From the NCBI GenBank assembly GCA_040954595.2, contig CM082576.2:14511129-14575128 (forward strand): a stretch of DNA of 64,000 bases, written 5' to 3'. The translations under genes were made by a program, and so were the position numbers. Shown here piece by piece: positions 37,389-47,558 of the stretch; within the stretch, counting starts at the first letter, position 1; each line of letters starts with the position of its first letter. Below the pieces are notes generated by a model, which was given only the letters and a program-made list of their open reading frames with translations, had not been told where the DNA came from and did no database searches. The DNA comes from Balanoglossus misakiensis (lineage: Eukaryota > Animalia > Hemichordata).

Positions 37389-37726
37389 CTGGGACAGATT
37401 TCACAGAAAAATGACAGCCTTCAAAACTTTTCAAGTGTTTGCTACATTGAAGTGTCTTTTTGTAAACGGGGTTTCATCCATTTTTTTTTCTTTTTTTTTC
37501 AGCTTCAAACTGATGGAGTAAAAATTGCCATGATTGCAGATTCACAAGTGGCCAATTGACCGAGGAATGAGTTACTGGTGATGGTGACCTTGAAATAAAG
37601 TAAAGTTACGTGCCCTGCCACTGCACATGCGCAATAAATAAACAAATACAGTTGGATGGAAAATTGTCGTCTGGTCAGATTTCAACCGGAAAGCGCGAAA
37701 TTAAACACCATGCTGTAGTCATGCGG
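37389..37726. repeat. About 350-bp dispersed direct repeat, copy 2
   Basis: Aligns with 30306-30664. Confidence 0.85.
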
Positions 37727-39583
37727 ATATTAGCGATTGACTAGGATTTTTACGAACCGTTGCGACTGCAGTGTTTTAGGACATGGCTATGGAATACTGT
37801 AGGATGAAAACTGCAAAGAAGTCAATATGAGTTGTTTTGCATGATCTTTGCAACATCCATCAATCATGTGTTCCTCTGATAAAACCCCGATACTTGCTCA
37901 CTGCATGCACTGTTGGCCTACTGAGTGTACAACTGTCGCAGTCTGGTAAGTTTTGATGTTTTGCTACGCTAACTCTTGCATTTCGTCATAATTTTCAGTC
38001 ACAGTTTTTTTCCTCTCGACCCCAAAAACAGTTTCGCATGATTAGTTCGATCGCATTTCAAAATGGACAGCCTGTATCAAGTCCACGCCCTGCGTACAGG
38101 TTTGTGTGCTACCGGCGTCACACGGCCGCGGTACAGGCTAGGCGGGGTCGTGGTAATATTGGGCTCAGATATATCTGCATAGTCTGTGACGTGTGTGACG
38201 CAAATAATTCGAAAAGTTCTATTCTTGTATCCATGGCGATCGAATGTTGTCGTACACAAACACTTCATAGTGACTTTGATGCAAGCATCATACACATCGC
38301 TGCGAAGAAACTCATTTCACATTTTACCAAAACAAGTTAATCCTTCACTGATGGATATCACCAGAGGAGATATGGATCGTAAGTGAAGCTACGATTTATA
38401 AACCAACGTTTGTTCGAGGCAAATATTCAGTATTTTTCACTAAACACAGACTTTTCAAAGTTCGCCCATCAACGGCCAGGCGTCGCCGCGTCAAGCGGAT
38501 CATGCACATTTCATCCTAAAAGTGACTAACTGCAACTTACATATATTGACAATGTTTCAGTTTTTCGCTTCTCTCTCAATTTCTTACGATGTAGAAAACT
38601 TTAATTTTGTTTGGGTGATGCATTTTTTACAGCTGTTTAACAAAAAACGAGTTCGGTGTTTATGATGGTTCGCTGTAGCCTGTAGGCATTTGGACACTGA
38701 GTGCCCACATTATAATATTGCATGTAAATTTTTAAGTGACAACGTCTGAAGCCGGAAACGTTCGTCAGCGCCCTTTTTTATTTTGTTTGTAAATTTAAGT
38801 TTATTTTCCCTGGTTATGGTTATTGTTGCGGAGAGTAAAATTTCAAAAATAGATGCCGGGCACAGGGCCGCCGCCGTAGGCCGTCTCCCGTGGTGACGAT
38901 GACGCGTCTCCAAAACTACAGAAGCGGACGCGCTGCGTTGACAGCTCGGTAGAGTTCTGTTTCTATGGTGGCATCGAATGTTTATTTCGTAGAGTGACTT
39001 AAAGTCCGATGCACGCATCATACGAACATGCAATCTGCAAAAATTGTGTTAATTTTATAGAGGTCACACTGCTTGTGGGACTGATGATAGTTGCAATGCA
39101 GCCAACTTCAATGAATGATGCTTTTTTGTAAATATTTTCCTTACACTGTTACAGGATCCCTTGAAAACAAACCTGCAGTATCTGCACCAAAGGGAGAACT
39201 CATTGAGACTATCAAGAATGAAGTCATGAAGGTAATTAGATTTTGCTTGAACATTCTATAATAATATTCAACAAGAGGACAACTTGACCCCTTCAGAACT
39301 GGGCTGACTCGCAGCAGCTCGGAAGGTTTATTCTCATTGGTCCACGATAGAAAAATAATTTGCATTTAAAATAATAAAAAAAAAAGTATAATGTTTTAAT
39401 ATAGCGTCGATACAAGTTTACAACTATTAACGCATATTGATGATAGTAGTCAGGGTGTTGAAGTCTGTGTGTATAACACAAGCGAGGTTAGCCTGGAGTT
39501 ACAGGCTTTTGAAGTCATTGTACTTTCCGTCCCTCAACAACAACCATTCACCACCACAGCAGTTACTTGTTTCGCTATAACAC

Positions 39584-40890
39584 GGGCGTTGATGTGTGTT
39601 GATGGGCGTTGATGTGTGTTGATGGGCGTTGATAGCATTGATGGGCGTTGATAGCATTGATGGGCGTTGATGCCTGTTGATGTGTGTTGATAGCGTTGAT
39701 GCCTGTTGATGGGCGTTGATGCCTGTTGATGTGCGTTGATGTGTGTTGATGCATGTTGATGCCTGTTGATGGGCGTTGATGCCCTCAACAGCCTGTTGAT
39801 GGGCGTTGATGTGTGTTGATAGCGTTGATGCCTGTTGATGGGCGTTGATGCCTGTTGATGTGCGTTGATAGCGTTGATGCCTGTTGATGGGCGTTGATGC
39901 CTGTTGATGTGCGTTGATGCCTGTTGATGTGCGTTGATAGCGTTGATGTGTGTTGATAGCGTTGATGCCTGTTGATGTGCGTTGTTGCCTGTTGATGTGT
40001 GTTGATAGCGTTGATGCCTGTTGATGGGCGTTGATGTGTGTTGATAGCGTTGATGCCTGTTGATGGGCGTTGATGCCTGTTGATGTGCGTTGATAGTGTT
40101 GATGCCTGTTGATGGGCGTTGATGTGTGTTGATAGCGTTGATGCCTGTTGATGCCTGTTGATGTGCGTTGATGTGTGTTGATAGCGTTGATGCCTGTTGA
40201 TGGGCGTTGATGCCTGTTGATGTGTGTTGATAGCGTTGATGCCTGTTGATAGCGTTGATGCCTGTTGATGCCTGTTGATGTGCGTTGATGTGTGTTGATA
40301 GCGTTGATGCCTGTTGATGGGCGTTGATGCCTGTTGATGTGTGTTGATAGCGTTGATGCCTGTTGATGTGCGTTGATAGCGTTGATGTGTGTTGATAGCG
40401 TTGATGCCTGTTGATGTGCGTTGTTGCCTGTTGATGTGTGTTGATAGCGTTGATGCCTGTTGATGGGCGTTGATGTGTGTTGATAGCGTTGATGCCTGTT
40501 GATGGGCGTTGATGCCTGTTGATGTGCGTTGATAGTGTTGATGCCTGTTGATGGGCGTTGATGTGTGTTGATAGCGTTGATGCCTGTTGATGCCTGTTGA
40601 TGTGCGTTGATGTTGATAGCGTTGATGCCTGTTGATGGGCGTTGATGCCTGTTGATGTGTGTTGATAGCGTTGATGCCTGTTGATGGGCGTTGATGCCTG
40701 TTGATGTGTGTTGATGCCTGTTGATGTGCGTTGATAGCGTTGATGTGTGTTGATAGCGTTGATGCCTGTTGATGTGCGTTGTTGCCTGTTGATGTGTGTT
40801 GATAGCGTTGATGCCTGTTGATGGGCGTTGATGTGTGTTGATAGCGTTGATGCCTGTTGATGGGCGTTGATGTGTGTTGATAGCGTTGAT
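39584..40890. repeat. 1.3-kb minisatellite of 9-10-bp units with GTTGAT core and variable tails
   Basis: Units GTTGAT+GCCT/GGGC/GTGT/GTGC/AGC, occasionally GTTGTTGCCT and GTTGATAGT. Confidence 0.96.
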
Positions 40891-41378
40891 GCAGCCCAGC
40901 TCATTCGCATAACAATCCACAGTGGAGACCAGAACTTTCCACTCAAATTAGAAAATATTATTCAATGACTGACAGTGATTTCTTTTCTTCAATATAACCA
41001 AAATGAGCTAAAAATTGACTACAGCAACATATTTTCATATAAAGGCTAAAAAAATTGGCTTTCAAATGATGCTAAAATGATTATGAAAATATAAAATTTC
41101 CACTACATTTTACCTTACTGAATATTCTGGAACACGGTTTAGAGAAAAATATAGATTTTTTTTCAGCAACTACAGTTCGTCTTGAAATAAACATAAACAA
41201 AATAGATGGTCTGATTATCTTATTTTTTTTTATTTATAACTATTTTTTGTTATTCCTTTTACACTTGTGTGTTGACATAGCATTTATGTCAGTTGCCAGT
41301 CAGCTGAACTGCTCGCGCTCAAGCAGTAGCAGCACCCATATAAGACGTCTGAGGGCACTGTGGGCTGCACAGGGTTAA

Positions 41379-42201
41379 ATTATTTAATAAAGGAAAAGCT
41401 GTGATCACGGAAAAAATGAAAAGCCACACACAACATATCATCAAATGTGATCAGCCGAAAATGGTATTGCCAAAAATTCATGACAGGCCCATTGCAAAGT
41501 GACATCTATAAGTACCAGAAAAGGAAAGATGCAGAAAGAAAGTTTATGAAGTTTAATGTTGACAAAATTCATTATGCTACTTGTTTAATCCATCATCTGA
41601 TGATGATTGTCACATCCGTAGTAGGTGTGACCGTGTTGAAATATCTTAAAAAACTGATTTGTGTTCAATAAACTTCGTCTCAAACAGACTCTTACTTCTG
41701 CTGACCTAATAAAGACTACTTGTTGCCATGTAGAAAATATCTATTTTATTGGAAAAAAGTAAGTTGGACTGTGAGCTTTGTAAAGTCCCCGATTCTCTTG
41801 AACATAGGTATTTGCATTGTTCTTTGGCAAAGGATCTTTGGTAGAGAATCAACAATACAGTTCAACAAAGTATCGACAAAACGTTCAAACTACAGAATTG
41901 TGATATAATTTTCACTTGTTATACAAACAAAAGCTTCTCAAGAATGGAAGAAAACATTGTAAATCTGTTAATTTCAATTGGTAAATGGTGTATCTACAAA
42001 TACTGGTTGCTTGACAAGAATTTTCCTTTAATTATCATGTTTAAGTGTGAGTTTAGACAGAGGTATAAAGTAGATAAAATACATGTAAAATTTTGAACTA
42101 TTTTTTTTTGTTTTTGTCCTATTGATTTGTACATGGTATTCTTTTGATGTACACTTTTGTAGTTATGAAACCTTTTGCAATCATATTAAAAGAAAAAAAA
42201 A
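41379..42201 (+). mobile_element. Degenerate L1/Tx1-like LINE 3' portion (zf-RVT region of ORF2)
   Basis: LLPCRKYLFYWKK / CELCKVPDSLEHRYLHCSLAKDLW* ... MEENIVNLLISIGKWCIYKYW is a CxxC..H...C..W zinc-binding motif with frameshift and stop; ends in an A-rich tail. Confidence 0.78.
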
Positions 42202-42239
42202 GACTACTTGTATCTGTACCAAATATTGTAGGTGTATGA

Positions 42240-42420
42240 CTAAGCTTGCTTTTGCCGATGACCACACATTACACATGTGTGCAAATAATTTTTGCGCTTG
42301 GCCTGCCTAACTGTCAATTTAGGAACACAGTGGATGTGTTCCCATTGGCCACAGCTATCACATTCCACCATAGGGTGACTTGAATTTTCTTTACAGACTG
42401 AACAAATTTCTTTGTCATCA
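42240..42420 (-). pseudogene. Orphan terminal exon encoding a PHD finger
   Basis: Acceptor TTTTCTATTTAATTACAG, then DDKEICSVCKENSSHPMVECDSCGQWEHIHCV...YLHTCVMC (C4HC3) and a stop; no intact upstream exon found. Confidence 0.6.
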
Positions 42421-42900
42421 CTGTAATTAAATAGAAAAGAAAATTTATTATGTAGCAACTAGAAGATTTCATTCATAAAATGATTTTGACAGTTGTGTGC
42501 TCCACCTATATTGTAATATATGCTCCAACACGCATTGGAATACTAGGTTGTTCACCAAGTTGAGTTGGTCCCTTGGGACAAAGACGTTTTTAATTTATTC
42601 ACGCACAGGGATGTATTTTTAGCCAGACAATGGCAAGACCTAGTTGCCTAGCAATTATCACCATGAACTTTGCTACAAGTTTCACTACCACTTCCACTGG
42701 GCGTCTCAATTTTTTCAGCAGAGCCCCAGCTGCAGTAAGTTCCGACTACCTCAAGGCTTTGCCTGTAGGTTTTGGGGCTCCTCATTTTACTGATGACCAT
42801 CAGCAACAAGGCAAATTGACCGTTGACTAAGCAAGGTGCTAAACATCGCTCTTTTCAGAGGGGTAATTTTACATGCAAGCTCATTAGAAACTGCCACTTG

Positions 42901-43142
42901 TATCCCCTCAAACCGCGTCGGCAGAGTGCGTTTAGATCGGCGTTTAGTGCGGTGTTTCTGTTCACACGTGATTTGAATCGCTGTTTAGTGCGGCGCCCCG
43001 ACCCAGGTCCCACCCCTCAACACCGTCACAAAAAAAGAGCGGCGCAGGGCCGCTCTCACCTTTTCACACGTGGCACTTACAAATTAACGCCGCCCTAGCA
43101 CCGCCGCTGGGGCGGCGTTGACGGCACGTGAGAAAGGGGTAT
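42901..43142. mobile_element. GC-rich non-autonomous DNA element fragment (Harbinger-like terminus)
   Basis: Right end CACGTGAGAAAGGGGTA, internal TTCACACGTG repeats and short hairpins; left end degenerate. Confidence 0.45.
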
Positions 43143-44174
43143 TAGTTAGGGAAAAATCACAGTTAGATTACATTATAAGTCATGGCAGTGTGTGATAAAT
43201 AGTTAAGATTTTATCCAGGTAATTAGTTGTAGGTGTAACAGATTAAGAAACAAGTGATAGTCATAGCAACAGCAGTGCTTTGAGTTGTACATATTACTTC
43301 TAGATATTTAGTGAAAACTCTAGTTGTCACATGAGAACATCTAATCTTCCGTGAATTGAGTACTATAAAAGGTGTAGGAATAATTACATGTACATATAAA
43401 TTATACATGTATGACTAAGAACTTAAGATATAATTGCTTTGTGCATGAGACTATATGCCATTAATAAACAAATAAGTAAATTTGCAATAAAATACATCCA
43501 ATGGGAATACTTAAAGGGCACATTAGCTGTAACTGCCTGATATTTGTCAATCTCCAAATGTCTTTAAATGGACAAGGGATTTGTTTTCAAATTATTCCCA
43601 ACATTTTTCATATACAAAGAAATAGATTAGAGAATATATTGTCACAGAAATATAGTAAATTCAAATCCATGCATTTCCATATATTGGCATGAATGTAGCA
43701 GTGTTTGAGCAGGACATCAATTTTTTTAATGCAAATTTGTAATTTACATTCCCATTTCAAGATCATTAATATTTATACAAATCCCTTAAGAAGTGCATTT
43801 ACAGAATCAATTATAGTTTGAATGTAAATAGAGAATAATGTGCTCATCTGCCTTTAATTTTCTGTTCATTCATATTTCTCCTTATGATGTCGTTTCCTCA
43901 TAATATTATCACTTTACTTTTTTCCTAAAATTCATAGTTTTAATAATTCAGGTGAAATAAAGATTGATTTATGTTTGAATTCTACAGAATGCTGAATTAT
44001 TACGGTGACAGAAGAATCACTGTGCAAGACGCGCTATCTCACCAATTCATAAATACAGACATGAGCTATATGCTATCAGTGATGCCAAGCAAAAGAGATG
44101 TACCATCTGCCCAGATCCAACAAAGTACTCAAGTCACTCCCGCTGCATCCATCACTCAAAATGAAGAGCCAGGT

Positions 44175-44512
44175 GAGACTTGGGCTATCCACTATTCTTC
44201 GGAATACGAAGTTGGATCGCCGATGCTCACAGAATCTGTCTACACAGCCAGGGATAGTGAACAGGAAACTGTCTCGCAATCATCTGGCCATCTCGAAACT
44301 TGGGCTATCCACTATTCTTCGGAATACGAAGTTGGATCGCCAATGCTCACAGAATCTGTCGACACAGCCAGGGATAGTGAACAGGAAACTGTCTCGCAAT
44401 CATCTGGCCATCTCGAAACTTGGGCTATCCACTATTCTTCAGAATACGAAGTTGGATCGCCAATGCTCACAGAATCTGTCGACACAGCCAACGATAGCGA
44501 ACAGGAAACTTC
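44175..44512 (+). repeat. 120-bp coding tandem repeat (about 2.8 copies; 40 aa)
   Basis: ETWAIHYSSEYEVGSPMLTESV[YD]TARDSEQETVSQSSGHL repeated at 44175, 44295 and 44415. Confidence 0.95.
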
Positions 44513-44921
44513 TGTGGTGGCGTCGCCAATAATGCAATCAGCTGAAGTCCAGGACGAACTGGACATTATAGAGACAGCTGATGTCACAGAGTCTCCTCTT
44601 TTGGAGCAGATTTTGGAGCAGACTGCAGAAGTAGAGTCCGATACAGCGAACACAGGTAAGAAAACAACCTGTACCTATAGTTTATTTGCAAGTAAGTAGC
44701 ATTATAATGTGGTCCGTAATAACAATCAACAGTGCACATGTCACATATTACAGTTACTACATGTATTGTCTTAAGTGGTACAGAATAATGGCAAATTGTA
44801 ACACTTTAAGAAGGGTTTGTTTGTCTCAAGCTGACGCGTATTGAAGAAACCAGACAGACATATATGTCAAAATGTGACCATGATACAAAGACCCACACTT
44901 GAAAAAAAAAAATGATCAATA

Positions 44922-45102
44922 CAGTCAAAACCTGTCAAAACTGGACACCAAAGGAACTTAGAATATTATGTATGTTATTTTGCAGACATGTCTGGTTTAT
45001 AGAGGTTATTTTAATAGTTTTTATGTGAAGAGGACTAGAAACAGAGTTTTGTATACACAGGATTTCACATCAGACAGGGTTCAGTGTAGACAGGTTTTAC
45101 TG
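44922..45102. mobile_element. Tigger/pogo-like MITE
   Basis: TA|CAGTCAAAACCTGTC ... GACAGGTTTTACTG|TA. Confidence 0.7.
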
Positions 45103-46583
45103 TAGACAGATCCCTTGATATTTCCTACTTTGAGCATTAAAGGTGAAAAAATTATGATATTGCAGCTCAACCTAAGAAGAGAGCACGTCGTGGGATTGGT
45201 GCATTCTTTAGAAGAATTCTGCTGAGAGCATTTTGTATTACAGTTGATGTCGACAATGATGATGAGGAGGAGATTGGAGCTAAGAACGAAGGCCGTACAC
45301 ATGGTGCAAAAGGTAGGCAACATTTCTTGACTGTTCAAATGGTGTTTAGGCTCTCATTTGCTATATAGATGTATACATGTACATTGCAAGGAAGCTACAT
45401 GTACATGTAATAGTATGTAACATTCAACTGAATCTCTGTAATAATATCAATTTCTGCTCAGATGAACGTGTTAGGGCTGATGCACCTCAGAAAGAAATCG
45501 AAAAGAAAAGGCGTCTCCCAAAAATCTTGAGGATTAAAAGAAGGAACGACAGAACATCTCAGTAAAAAGGTGCCATCAATAAATACTAAAGGTAGGTAGT
45601 CTTCTATAGATGGTCAAAATATTTTCATCAGATATGCAGCTGAAGGGACCGTGTCATTCTCGAGTTGTTTATTTTCACACCATTTGCGATTGCATCCAAA
45701 TGATTCATACCCGAGGATAGAAAACAGTAATACTGTAGGAATAAAAACAAAAGGCAAATGGGGGGTATATAGGTTGTTTAAAGAAATAACTTTATTAAAG
45801 AGGAAGGTGCTGTACTATAATGACATCCTTTGACAGCGAGGGCCGCAACCATCAAACAATGATTAAGCAAGGTATACGACTACATTGTAGACTTTGTGGG
45901 GGACATGGAGTTAGTTCGGATAATCAATGTTCGGATAATTGATGTTCTACTGTACATAATTCTTATTTTCTGCCCTCTTTCAGGTTGGTACCATTTTCAA
46001 GAATGACAAAGCCAACTGTGTAGAGAATATCGAACTTTTTAGCGATCAAAACAATTAAACAAGCACAAAAGTACAGCTGGTTCCTCTCAAATGCAGAACA
46101 GCTCAAAATTCCAGGAGCTTCTATGCGATTCTCCAGGCTTAGAAATCAAAAATGCCACTTTCCAATATCAATTCAGTTGAAATTAAAGAAAGTTTTGGGT
46201 CAAGGAGAGAATTTGTACAAAGATCTCTTCATTAAATAGTTCTGTTTTAACAGCATTGGAAGTCTCCATTCCAAGTGTCACTTGGCATGATACTATTGTC
46301 TCAGAGAACATTCCGTGTTAGTGTGGCACACTACTCTGGCGCAGATGGCACATAAACGTCATCCCTGGCACAACCCTTATTGGTTTAGAGCAGCATACTA
46401 CACCAGTGTCTCACTGTTGTGGCGCAGTAGGCGAGGCACACGTTACAGACTTCAGAGGGAACAGGGCATCAGTGGTATCACATGTTATACTGGCCACCAC
46501 TGTTACATCGGTAGTGTGTCTATAGAGGGCGCACTGCATCAGTGGTGACCGTATGCTGCATTGGTGCAGAGGTCACTCTCGAC

Positions 46584-46958
46584 TAGTCTGGTTCCCTGCC
46601 CCAATCCCACCGCTGGCTGCGCTACGCTAAAGGGAAAGGGTCAGGCACGGCCTATTGTAAACATGGCTCTCATTGGTCAATACATACGAAAATTAAGTTG
46701 TTAAATTGATAAGTTGTTGTAAGATACTCATTTCCCGTTCTCTCCTTCACCTCCATGAATGTTTATCATTCGATTTCCAACTTTACAACAAACGAAACAA
46801 AATAAACTGCCTGGATGAATCTTGACTGGCATACGGACATTGGAGGCATCCATCTTGTTTCACACCCAGGTTTCTGGGTGTGAAATCGGGCCGTACCTGA
46901 CCCCTTTCCCTTTAGCGTAGCGCAGCCAGCGGTGGGATTGGGGCAGGGAACCAGACTA
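46584..46958. mobile_element. MITE with about 65-bp TIRs, TAG...CTA ends and 9-bp TSD
   Basis: TIR TAGTCTGGTTCCCTGCCCCAATCCCACCGCTGGCTGCGCTACGCTAAAGGGAAAGGG; ACTCTCGAC at 46575-46583 and 46959-46967. Confidence 0.92.
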
Positions 46959-47404
46959 ACTCTCGACTTCTCAGACAGTTCAATAGTCACACATGTCATC
47001 ATAGTCCAGTTTTCTAATCTTAAGCTGAACAATAAAATTGTGATGCTTTCCATTTTATACCGTAATTATGTGTAGGACAATTCTCATTGTAAAAGAATCA
47101 AGTACCTACAACAAATACAGTTCAATTTTCAATTTCTCTTTCAATGATATAATAATTTATGTACATTGACTACATTGTATTTCAAACAACAGACACGCCA
47201 GTGGAAATGGTGTAATGTCAGACGTCAAGACAAAACAAAGCATATGTTATTCGAGGCAAACCTGATTACAGGTATTGGATGCCTAGTGATACGTTGCTAT
47301 ATTTATTTCCTGTATTAATACAGTGTACATAAGATCAGGACGGCGAGCAGGCTCTTGGAAACAAGCTTTTTTCCTCCACAAGTAGTTGTGAATTTTTTTT
47401 TGGA

Positions 47405-47558
47405 GAGAGGGAGGTCCATCATATTCTTTTTGCCTGTCAAAGGGGGAGGGTCATCATGTTTTGGTTCTGGGTGAAGGGGGGTCTGCCTGATTTTGAAAAC
47501 CGATGACACAAACTTGCTGCCCCCCCCCCCCCCCCAGCCGTAAAAACTGAACGGTCCC
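47405..47558. mobile_element. Partial inverted copy of the Harbinger-like MITE at 16389
   Basis: CCTGATTTTGA.AACCGATGACACAAACTTGC...GCCGTAAAAACTGAACGGTCCC|TAA. Confidence 0.75.

Larger units (their letters stand above)
43988..45565 (+). pseudogene. 3' exons of a Ser/Thr kinase (CMGC/HIPK-like subdomain XI) with acidic repeat tail; catalytic exons not found upstream
   Basis: Exon 43988-44655 begins RMLNYYGDRRITVQDALSHQFI (ML..D...RIT...AL.HPF pattern). Downstream exon candidates start at 45244 (early stop) and at 45462 (DERVRADAPQKEIEKKRRLPKILRIKRR..*). Confidence 0.55.

Noticed and set aside
39584-40890. CRISPR-like repeat/spacer appearance
   Set aside because: Units are 9-10 bp with 3-4-nt recurring tails rather than unique spacers; eukaryotic context; no cas genes.
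39499-40946. Two ORFs of about 470 aa on the minus strand
   Set aside because: Both are translations of the GTTGAT minisatellite, whose reverse strand lacks stops; the same peptides recur in different frames.
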